64,000 nucleotides of DNA from Antechinus flavipes. Lineage: Eukaryota. The position numbers and the translations under genes are program-made. The notes beneath the pieces were generated by a model, which was not told where the DNA came from, ran no database searches, and worked only from the letters and a program-made list of their open reading frames with translations. The stretch spans positions 256,246,001 to 256,310,000 of the forward strand of contig NC_067403.1 in assembly GCF_016432865.1 (NCBI RefSeq), read 5' to 3'. Below, piece by piece: positions 1 through 10,615 of this stretch (its first letter is position 1; each line of letters opens with the position of its first letter).

Positions 1-1290
1 GGGCTTGTCCCACAGGGGTGCGGAGACGGCCGCGCGCCCGCGGGCCTCCCAAGGCGTGCGCTCGTTTGCAAAGCCGACAAATGTACAGATAGTAATATAT
101 TTTTGGTGCTAATGGAGATCTTTTTCAAAGATGGAAAGAGCTAGCTCTTGCCCATCCCTACCTCCTCTGTGGCTCATCACTGTGGGCCGCTGTTCGGCCG
201 CCCTGTCCGGCCCCCACCCCTTCCCGGGGACCGTCTCCCGTCGCTTTCCCAGCATCGCCTGGACAAGGCAGGAGCCTCGTGGCCTCTGCCGCCCCCCCTT
301 GTGCCCCCCGACAGCTCCTCACCCCCCCATAAATAAGCAACAAGTCGGGCACTCACCACTCCGTAGCTTCTCCTGCCTCAGGCCGGGGGTGGGTGAGCTG
401 CGATGTTCGGGCCTTCGTCACCCACCTGAAAGCGAGAGCGCAGATGGGGCTCAACGGAGCGAAAGGTTCATCTGCTCCGGACGCTGAAGCTCTGGGGGCT
501 GGGGCGCGGGGCGGGCAGGGCCCTTGGTTTCTGGGAAGGCCCCACTCCCTCCGGGACAGAGAGGAAGGCCCAGGGCCCATCAGGCCAGAAGGAGCACTCC
601 CCTCGCTGAAGCCGGGGCTCCTCCCTCCCCAAGTCTCAGTTTACAGATGGAGATGCGCTCGCTCAGTTCTCAACTGTTTCTACTGTTTAAGTTAGAAAGG
701 ATATTCATTTGCCTTCTCCACCAATAAAGGGGGGTGGGCGCTGCCAGTTGGCGTGCCCCATCGCCAGAATCGTACTTGAGAGTGGGGATTTTTCTGAGGG
801 TTTTCTTCCTTTGTGCCCGGGGCGGGGGCCGGGGGGAGCTGTTGCCGAGACTAATCCCCCAGAATTCGGACCTTGCTGTGAGGGCCGCTCAATGGCCAGG
901 CTCAAGCTGAGCAGACGCCCGGCCAGTCCCCGGGCACCCGTCGTCAGTCTGCAGTCCGTGTCAGCCGGGAGTTCACGAGGGACAGAGGCTTCCTCCATCT
1001 CCTGGACAGTAACTGGGCAGTGGGCGAAGGCCCGAGAGCCCGAGCTGGGACGGGCGCCCGAGGCCCTTTGTCCATCTTCCTCGCGGTTGCCTGTGCGTCC
1101 AGGTTACCTCCCCGGGAGCTTGTTCGGATGCCCCTGTTGGGAATGGGGCTGGGGTCCCAGCAGCAGCCTCGGTTTGTTTACATGTTTTCGTCACTACGCG
1201 CTGGCTCTGCGTGCCAGTCACAAGGTTCTGTATTTCTGTTTGATTTTGTAACTGTTTTTCTGTTCGTTATTAAAATCTAAGACCTTCTCG
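1..1290 (+). other. OVOL1: 3'UTR / transcript end of the upstream plus-strand gene, probably OVOL1
   Basis: No credible ORF. AATAAA at 723-728 and ATTAAA at 1269-1274, the latter preceded by U-rich UTR-like sequence; TGTTTACA (miR-30 8mer) at 1175-1182. Gene identity is inferred only from conserved OVOL1-SNX32-CFL1-MUS81-EFEMP2 order and orientation; no coding sequence is in the window. Confidence 0.5.
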
Positions 1291-2519
1291 GTGCCGTGTG
1301 TGCCTTGCCGCCGCCCCTCCCCACCCCCACTGCCTGATCCCCAGACCGTTGCTAAGCCGTACTGGCATCCCAGAACCAGAACCAGAACCAGGGGGGGCCC
1401 AAGAGTTCCTCCAGCTCCAGCGCCGACTTGTGTCGCTGGGAAAGTTCCGGCTCCAAGAGAGGAAGGGCCTTGACCAGCGTCCCAGAGCCAGAGACCGAGC
1501 TGGGGCCGCCCTGCCCGGTGTGCCCCAGTAGAGCCAGCGCCCGCCAGGACCCCTCTTACACAACGAGCTGTTTGCTGTTGGAACCACAAAAGCGGGGGCA
1601 GCGTCCACGCCGACGGGGTCACGGCACCAGAGGGACAGGGTTCGGGATGACCAGGTCCGGGGGCAGTGACGTGTCATGGTGACGACTAAGGGCTGGGGGG
1701 CTAGGAGGGTGAAGCTGATCCGAGGCACCCCGTCCCTCCCCTGGAAGGCCGCCCCCCAAATCTGTTGTCCCAGGATCAGTCCCAGCTCCCCGTTGGGGAG
1801 GATGGGTGACCAAGGGGCATTCGGACTCCCTGATGAGGCTCCTGCAGGTTGGCAGGGTTCCCTGGGCCAGTCAGAGGTCACCCTCCTCCTCCTCCTCCTC
1901 CTCTTCCTCCTCCTCCTCCCAGCTAGCCCTGACCACACCCTCTGAGGCAGACGCTTATTATCCTCCCATTTTAAGGATTAGGAAACTGAGAAGATGTGAC
2001 TTGACCGAGGTCACATGGTCAGCGTGAGGCAGGCTGTGAGTGCATATTTTCCGACTAGACCCAGATCCTACAGGGGGACAAGGGAGATGCAGTGGAGGTC
2101 CCGGCGCAAGGAGGGAAGCGCTGGTTCCGGCGGGATGAGCACGGGGCCTGGGACGACATAGCAAAGCAAAGGACGAAAAACGAGGTCCTGCCATCGGGCC
2201 CTGGGTGCAAATCCTGCTTCTGCTCGTTGTGGCCTGCGAGTAGTTACTTAATAACGAAGAACTATATAAAGCGCAGGAGCCTTGGTTGTTTACATGTGTT
2301 TGTCACTACGCGCTGGCTCTGTGTGCCAGTCACAACAGTCCTGGGAGGGAGGGAGGGAGGGGCCATCATTATCCCCATTTTACAGATGGAGGGAATGATG
2401 GCAAACAGGTTAAATGGCTTGGCCAGGGCCACACAGCTGGTTCTGAGGTCACATTCAAATTCAGATCTTCCCGACTCTAAGCCGCCCGGCTGGCTCTAAC
2501 ATTCTGTTGGAAGAGACCC

Positions 2520-2610
2520 TAGATAGATGGATGGACAGATGGACAGATGGACCAACGGATGGGTGGGTGGACGGACGGACGGATGGGTGGGTGGGTAGAT
2601 GGATACACAG
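2520..2610. repeat. (GGAT/GGAC)n-type simple repeat
   Basis: Degenerate tetranucleotide run gatagatggatggacagatggacagatgg...ggacggacggacggatgggtgg. Confidence 0.8.
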
Positions 2611-4591
2611 ATATAGAATACAAGGTAATTTGGGGAGCAGGTACAAGCAGCCGAGGGCCACAGGTCAATAAACACTCTAGGTCATGGGAACAACAAGGCG
2701 GCTCCCACGAGCTCTCAAACTTCTGCTAAACAAAAATGAGGCACCAAAGAGAAAGCACCAGAACAGTCTCCACGGTCTAGAATGTTCAGAATCCAAAATA
2801 AGGTTAAATAAAAATCCCCAAATCCAGCAGCTCTTCTCACTGACCCCCCCCCCCCCCCAGGTATGGTCAGAGAGGCGGTGAGCAGACCCAAGGACACAAC
2901 AGGTTTATGCCCAAACCCACTTCCGTAGCCTGGCCCCCCTCCCTCCAGCTCCAGGCTCTGCTTAAGCTCCGACCTCCGGCTTGTCCACAGCCCACCAGGA
3001 GCCAAAGCCTGCCAGGGGCCGCGGCCCAGAAGCCCCAAAGCTGCCGAGGTCTGAGTGCTGACGCTGGGCCGCGATCTGAGGTGGAGCAGGTTACCACGAC
3101 AGGACACGGGGGGGAAGGAGGGGGGCATTTAATACATCGCGTTCTGCCCAGCCCCAGGGAAAGAGGGCAGCATCCGGCCGGGGCTGGTTCTGACCCCCCA
3201 AAATCAGTGCGTCCGAGACCGAGGCTGGCGAACGTGACTGCCCGGCGTGGGAGAAGACTGAGGCGCTTTGAGATCCAGTCCCCAAGGAAACCACAAGCAG
3301 AGAGGAGGGAGTCAGGAAGTGAGTGATAAGGAAAACTGGCCGTGGGGTGGGGGGGACACGGAAAGATATCAGGAAGAGAAATCTCAAGGACTTTGAAAAT
3401 AAACAGATAAATCAGCAGGAAAAACTACAGAAGGAAATGACCTCCAGGTAGGCAANNNNNNNNNNNNNNNNNNNNNNNNNNNNNNNNNNNNNNNNNNNNN
3501 NNNNNNNNNNNNNNNNNNNNNNNNNNNNNNNNNNNNNNNNNNNNNNNNNNNNNNNNNNNNNNNNNNNNNNNNNNNNNNNNNNNNNNNNNNNNNNNNNNNN
3601 NNNNNNNNNNNNNNNNNNNNNNNNNNNNNNNNNNNNNNNNNNNNNNNNNNNNNNNNNNNNNNNNNNNNNNNNNNNNNNNNNNNNNNNNNNNNNNNNNNNN
3701 NNNNNNNNNNNNNNNNNNNNNNNNNNNNNNNNNNNNNNNNNNNNNNNNNNNNNNNNNNNNNNNNNNNNNNNNNNNNNNNNNNNNNNNNNNNNNNNNNNNN
3801 NNNNNNNNNNNNNNNNNNNNNNNNNNNNNNNNNNNNNNNNNNNNNGAGAGGGGGAAGGAAGGAGGGGAAGAAGGAAGGAAAGGAGGGAGGTTGGGGGAGA
3901 GCAAGGTAAGGAGGAAGGAAGAAAATGATTCAACATTTAATGAGACAGAGGATCCTGTGGAATTAGAGAACACACTGTTTCTGAATGTTTTTTGTTTTTT
4001 TAATGAGAATTATGAGAGCAGTATTTGTGGTCTGCACAGCAAAAATAATAGAACAGAAAATTTGACTCTCCAACGTCAGCCTCACCAAAGAAACGAAGGA
4101 AAGAACAATAGATGGGAAATAAAAATATGAAGAACTGAAAAATGATCTAGAAGAGGAGAAACACAAAATGAGAACATTCAAAGAAAACTTGCTCACTGTG
4201 CAAGCAAACGTACTGAATTCAAAGACTCTGTGTGTAGAGACAACCTAAGGATCATGGGATTACCAGAAGAACATGACAGGACAAAAACGCTTAAGACCTT
4301 CATGAAGAAAGTAATAGAAGAAAACCGTCCAGAACTTCTGAATATCTAAAATAAAATCCCAAAGAATTCACAGATTGCCTCCAAAAAAAAAAAAAAAAAT
4401 CCAAAGCTGCTTTGATCCAGCGGTATCACTACCTACTGTCTGTCACCCAAAGGGATCATAAAAGAAGAAAAATGTCCCACAGGTGCAAAAGTGTGTAGCA
4501 GCTCTTTTTGTAGTGGCAAAGAATTGGAAATTGAGTGGATGCCCATCAGTTGGGGAATGGCTGAAGGCATATAAATATGATGGAAGACACT

Positions 4592-4735
4592 GTGCTAGAT
4601 GGTATAGTAGATAGAGGAGCAGCCCTGAAGTCAGGAGGACCCGAGTTCAAATGTGATCGGAGACACTTAACACTTAACTAGCTGTGTGACCCTGGGCAAG
4701 TCACTTAACCTCAATTACCTTGCCAAAAGAAATAA
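4592..4735 (+). mobile_element. tRNA-derived CORE SINE (WSINE1/SINE1-like) inserted in L1
   Basis: A-box-like tggtatagtagatag, B-box gttcaaat, core ctgtgtgaccctgggcaagtcacttaacc, A-rich tail. Confidence 0.8.
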
Positions 4736-7019
4736 ATATTTAATAGGATTGTATATGTTTAACCTATATCAGATTGCTTGCTGTCTTGGGAAGGGAAGGA
4801 ACACAAAATCTTACAGAGATGAATGTTAGAAACTATCTTTATGTGAATTTGGGAAAAATAGAATACTATTGAGGGAGGAAAAAAGAATATTTCCTTACAT
4901 TTCAGCTTCAAAAAAATCCAAGGCTGCAATTCCCAAAACTACAGTGATTATATTTAATGATTTAATTAATTAAAAAAAAAGAGTTCTGAAAGGAAACAGG
5001 AAAAGGACTTTGAAAAACAAAGAGCATGCGAATAAAGCAAGACTATTCTATACTCATTAGAAAAAGAGGAGAGAATGGAATAACATTTTCTGAAGAGCCA
5101 GAGCTCAGGAAGAGTAGCCCAGGGTATCCTATCCTGCAAATCTAAACTTAACCATATAATACCAAAGATGGAAGTTCAATAATAAAGAAGAGTTTGAAAC
5201 TTATCTATAGAAAGAAAGCCAGAATTGAAGAGAGGATTTGCATCTTAAACACCCCAAACAACAAACATGAAGGAGAGGTAAATAAATGCAGCGGGAAAGG
5301 CCAACAACAACAGTGACCATGGGAAAACCAGGAAGAGTCCACAGGGAAACTGTGGATCTGATAGATTATGAAAGGGTGGGCAGGGAACATTATGGACAGA
5401 CCCTGCAGGCCCTCTGCCTGTAGAAGGATGCTGCTGCTTTGGGACTACATTACAACACGGCAGAGTGCATAAAGGGGGGAGAGGAGCAGGAGGATAAAGA
5501 GGAAGGAATGATGCACCAGAAGGAACCTTTGAGACCTCAGAAAGAGCCTCCAAAGAGTGGACGAGAAGAAGGGGGGACATTTGAAAAAGGGAAGGGGGAA
5601 GGAAAGAGGCTTTATTTTGGAGGTAGAAGGGAGTTTCTGATGATTGTAGGAATGAATAGAGAGATGAAGGGAGATGGGGGGGCTTTGGTTCTTGATTTGG
5701 TTCTTGAAAAATCCACTTGTCCAGAAAGGGTCAGGAACCTCTGGAGGAGCTTTCTAGGCAAATGTAGAAAAAGATTCAGGAAGGCCCATCAACTGAGGAA
5801 TAGTGATGATACGGATTGTGGTAGAGTATTACTGCACTGTAAGAAATGGTGAGCTCAGTGGTTGTAGAAAAACACAGAAAGACATGCATAAAACAATGAA
5901 AATCAGCAGAACCGAGAGAACATTGTGTACAACAAAGCAATATTGTCGAAAGGATGACTGTAAATGGCTATTCTGAGTATTATACTCGGATCAACTACAA
6001 AGGACCTACGAAGGAAGATGCTATCTACCTCCAGAGAACGAACTGATAAGTAGAAGTATACAATGATCTTATAGATAAATAGATAGGCACTATCTCTGTG
6101 TCAGATGGGGAGGAGCAAGGGAAGACAGTTTGGAATTTAAAATGTAACTAAAAAATTTGAAGAAAAAATAGAAAAACAAAAAGGAAAAAAAATGTTATTA
6201 AGAAAGGGTATAGATCAACGGTGGGCTGCATAATCAGAGGCATGGGAGGGATAGGGCAATCATTGACTTATTCTGANNNNNNNNNNNNNNNNNNNNNNNN
6301 NNNNNNNNNNNNNNNNNNNNNNNNNNNNNNNNNNNNNNNNNNNNNNNNNNNNNNNNNNNNNNNNNNNNNNNNNNNNNNNNNNNNNNNNNNNNNNNNNNNN
6401 NNNNNNNNNNNNNNNNNNNNNNNNNNNNNNNNNNNNNNNNNNNNNNNNNNNNNNNNNNNNNNNNNNNNNNNNNNNNNNNNNNNNNNNNNNNNNNNNNNNN
6501 NNNNNNNNNNNNNNNNNNNNNNNNNNNNNNNNNNNNNNNNNNNNNNNNNNNNNNNNNNNNNNNNNNNNNNNNNNNNNNNNNNNNNNNNNNNNNNNNNNNN
6601 NNNNNNNNNNNNNNNNNNNNNNNNNNNNNNNNNNNNNNNNNNNNNNNNNNNNNNNNNNNNNNNNNNNNNNNNNNNNNNNNNNNNNNNNNNNAAGGAAATT
6701 TCAAAACTAAGGGACAGGATTAGTTGAAGGGGAGGAGAAAGAGAGGGAATATTAAATGAGAAAAGGGGATCAGGAGTGAGGGGAAGAGAACCAAGAGGAA
6801 CAAGGTTCCCCTAAAATTATGAATTATCAAGGTTCATAATACTAGGTCTATAGCAGAAGAGGCAACTTGGAACTGAAAGGCTTCTGCCCAGACAACATTA
6901 AGGCGTCTAGGATAAAAAGGGAAACAAATGGGAGAAATATCTTTGTAACAAATTTCTCATATGTGGGTTTGGTATCGAAGATATAGCAGTAAGTATTAAT
7001 TATAAGAATAATAGCCATT

Positions 7020-7688
7020 CTTATACCCCTAAGAGATACTAAAGAAAGGAAAGGGACCTGTATGTGCCAAAATGTTTGTGGCAGCCCTGTTTGTAGTGGC
7101 CAGAAGCTGGAAAATGAAAGGATGCCCATCCATTGGAGAATGGCTGAGTAAATTGTGGTATATGAATGTTATGGAATATTATTGTTCTGTAAGGAACGAC
7201 CAGCAGGATGAATACAGAGAGGACTGGCGAGACTTAGATGAACTGATGCTGAGTGAAATGAGCAGAACCAGGAGATCATTATATACCTCAACAACGATAC
7301 TGTTTGAGGCTGTATTCTGATGGAAGTGGATCTCTTCGATAAAGAGAGCCTTAATTGATCAAAGATGGACAGAAGCAGCTACACCCAGAGAAAGAACACT
7401 GGGAAATGAATAGAAACTGCTTGCATTTTTGTTTTTCCTCCCGGGTTATTTATACCTTCTGAATTCAATTCTCCCTGTGCAACAAGAGAACTGTTCGGTT
7501 CTGCACACATATATTGTATCTAGGATATACTGCAACCCATTCAACATGTAAAGGACTCTTGCCATCTGGGGGAAGGGGTGGAGGGAGGGAGGGGAAAAAT
7601 CGGAACAGAAATGAATGCAAGGGATAATGCTGTAAAAAATTACCCTGGCATGCGTTCTATCAATAAAAAATTATTTAAAAAAAAAAAA
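7020..7688 (+). mobile_element. Young 5'-truncated LINE-1 with polyA tail and 16-bp TSD, nested in an older L1
   Basis: ORF2 end (MFVAALFVVARSWKMKGCPSIGEWLSKLWYMNVMEYY), 3'UTR, AATAAA and polyA. Perfect TSD AAGAATAATAGCCATT at 7004-7019 and 7689-7704. Confidence 0.9.
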
Positions 7689-8269
7689 AAGAATAATAGC
7701 CATTTCCCAACAAATGAAAGATCAAAGAAAGGATATAAACTAATAGTTTTGGAAAATAGAATTGTAAAGTATTTCCAACCACATAAAAGAAAATCACTAG
7801 ACGATAAGAGAAATAAACACAAACTACTAAAACTACCCCAGCTTTTACCTCATATCCTAGAAACTCCCCAAAATGACAAAAAAAAATCTAGCAGAAGTAA
7901 GCAGGTGGGAAGGCAGGCACGCTAATACATTGTTGGAGGAGCTGAGACATCGTCCAACCATTTTGAAAAGCAATTTGGAATTATGCAAAGAGAATGAATA
8001 AAATGTCTGAACCAGAGACCATTTTACTGGGCCAACAAAGACCCCATTGAGAAGGCGCCTCAAGGAAGCCACTGGTGAGAAAAAAGTCGCCATAGACTCG
8101 GTTATACTAACAGCACTGTTGGGGATAGCTAAGAATTGGAAACAGAGTAAACAACCATCAATTGGAAAATGGCTAAACAAATTGTGGTACACGAATGTGA
8201 TAGAATATCACTATATTTTATATGTACACACACACACACATATATGTGCTACAAGAAATGATGTAAAAA

Positions 8270-9010
8270 AAGGAGAAGTGATGGGTGAGGGGCGGCTGGG
8301 GGCACGTCCACACGGACAGCCGGGCTGTTGCGGGCAGATGGCTGTGCCCCCGGTGCCGCCTCTGGAGCTGGGCCCGAGCACCGAGAAGACACAGGCTCTC
8401 CGCAGCCATGAGTGGAAGCCTCGGGTACATCGGAGATGGGGAGGTGCCCGTCCCCTGGCTGCAGACTCTGCAGGGAGCACACACGGTCCTGGCACTGATG
8501 CCCATGTTGCCAAGGCTAATACAGGCTTCGGGAGGATCCAAAGGGAAGTGCCAGAGAGAGGAAGAAGAGCCCACTGGAAGGCCTCCAGGGCCCTTGGGCT
8601 GACCTTGGGGCTGTATGTCGGGAAATCTGCTGGAGCACCTCCATTTGTTGCCTTAGGAAGATGCTGACAGCCCGGCAGGAGGAGGGAGCGGACACTGAGG
8701 TCCCTTCTTGAGCCAAACACCCGAGCACCCGATTAAGTGCAGGGAGCGGCTCTAATGGGCTGGTCGTGGTGCTCTCGGGCCCACCATGCACCTGCCTGGG
8801 AAGAACCTACACAAGGCCGCGCTCACAGAGGGAGGATGCTCCCCGGGGTCTCTGGGAAGAGCTCTGGAAGCCCATCAAAGGGGCTGCCTCTGTCAACAAA
8901 ATCAGTGGCCCAAACTGAACCAAACCGAGTGGAAGGCATCCATTCAGAGCAGCCTCGGGACCTCTGGTCCATCAGCCATAGTCGCACTCACTGCCCCTGA
9001 TCCCGACATC
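8270..9010 (+). mobile_element. Degenerate RTE-clade LINE, 3' part of ORF2
   Basis: Translation DAHVAKANTGFGRIQREV...ALGLTLGLYVG resembles the RTE motif DARIAKASSAFGRL...VLTSLLY. Downstream ccttaggaagatgctga, gacactgaggtccctt and atcagccatagtcgcactcactg match RTE 3' sequence as recalled. Confidence 0.7.
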
Positions 9011-9224
9011 CGGCTGCCACAGTCAGACCCGGCCCCTAGCCAGAGCACCTTGACCATGAGGGTGGACTGGAGGGGTCTGGGTACTGGCAGGAAGATTCAC
9101 CAGAGCCTGAGGCGCCAGATCTAGGTCAGAGGAGACAGGTGAGCGTCCAGGAAAGCTTCCAAAGCTTTCCAGGCAGCTCAGAGGCACAGCCAGTAAGAGC
9201 CAGGGGCCGGCAAGCAGGGAGGCC

Positions 9225-9395
9225 TGAGCCAAATCCGGCCTCCGACCCGGACTAGTTGGGTGACCCTGGGCGAGTCACTTAACCCTGTGTGCCTCAGTTT
9301 CCTCCTCTATAAAATGGGCAATTCTTCCAATATCTGCTAAGAAAACCCCCAAACGGGGACCAAGAGTCGGACCTGACAGAAATGACCCAACACAG
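9225..9395 (+). mobile_element. MAR1-like CORE SINE with RTE-type tail
   Basis: Core gtgaccctgggcgagtcacttaacc...cctcagtttcctcctctataaaatggg followed by gctaagaaaacccccaaacgggg...gagtcggac. Confidence 0.7.
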
Positions 9396-10036
9396 AGGCC
9401 TTGGCAGCAGACTGGGTATGGGGCACCAAAGGTGCCAAGAGGATGGTGGAGTCCTGCACAGGGATGGGCGCCTCTGGGAGTTTTGGGGACAGATAATGCA
9501 CTTTTGTCCTTGATGTTTGAGCTTTCCAGGAAGAGTCACTTCAAGTGTCTAAGGGGCCTTGGAGAGGAGACCGGAGGTCACGGAGAGGTCAGGACTGGAT
9601 AAGTAGATTTGAGAATCATTAGCATTGAGCTGATGGGATCACCAAGAGAAGTCACTGAGAGGGAAGGAAAGGGGCCGGAATGGGGCCGGAACCTGATCTG
9701 GGGGACAATCCTGCCCAAGAAACAGAGGGAGCCGTCTGCCGGGGGGAGGAGAGCCAGGAAAAGGGGGTCCCCGAGAGGAGAGATTGGGGACAAGAAGGTG
9801 ATGGGCGGGGCAGGCCAGAGGTCTGGGCCTGAGAGGATTAAGGAAAGGCCAGGGGGGATGTGGAGGGAGGCCGGCCTCTTCTTATGCAATTGAGCTTTTC
9901 TGACTCTTGGGTGGGGATGTCTACTTTGCATCCAAGGTTTCCCCTTTATATCTCAAGCTTTTGGAGTCCGGAAAAGAATCTTCTTGTGACTCAGCAAATG
10001 TTGGTCTGAAAAAGTGCAGAAAGACTTGGGCCTCCC

Positions 10037-10615
10037 CTGGAGAGACTGACAGGAACTGATGCTGAGGGAAGTGAGCAGGACCAGGAGGTCATTATCCACA
10101 GCAACAAGACGACATGAGGATCAATTCTGAGGGACCTGGCTCTCGTCACCAATGAGAGGATCCAAATCAGTTCCATTTGTTCAACAATGAAGAGAACCAG
10201 CTACACCCAGAGAAAGAACTCTGGGAAATGAGTGCGGACCGCGACAGAACATTTCCACTCCCGGTTTTTGTCCGCTTGCGTTTTGGATTTCCTTCTCAGG
10301 TTATTTTTACCTTATTTCTAAGTCTGATTTTTCTTGTGCGGCAAAATAACTGTATGGACGTGTATACATACATTGTATTTAACATATACGTTAACATATT
10401 TAACATGTATTGGTCAACCTGCCATCTGGGGGAGGGGGTAGGGAGAAGGAGGGGAAAAGTTGGAACAAAAGGCTTGGCCATCGTCAATGCTGAAAAATTA
10501 CCCATGCGTATGTTCTGTAAATAAAAAGCTACATAAAAAAGAAGAAATTGTAAACATTTTTATCTAGTTTTTTTAAGTATAAATAAATTTAGCAGGTGTT
10601 AACAACAACAACAAA
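10037..10615 (+). mobile_element. 5'-truncated LINE-1 3' end with extra 3' segment, flanked by a 17-bp TSD
   Basis: L1 ORF2 end and 3'UTR to an A-rich tail at ~10535-10547. TSD AAAGACT(T/C)GGGCCTCCC at 10020-10036 and 10616-10632. Confidence 0.85.

Larger units (their letters stand above)
3850..8250 (+). mobile_element. Cluster of fragmented older LINE-1 (ORF1, ORF2 3' part, 3'UTR)
   Basis: A-rich plus strand. ORF1-like pieces at ~3900-4380 and ~5000-5350. ORF2 C-terminal motifs (IALxxxAKNWKQ, CPSxGEWL, KLWY) at 4490-4570 and 8090-8200. Contains two assembly gaps. Confidence 0.8.

Noticed and set aside
1270-1938. 222-aa minus-strand ORF next to the OVOL1 end
   Set aside because: GTG start, includes a (CCT)n repeat, no recognisable homology or splice structure.
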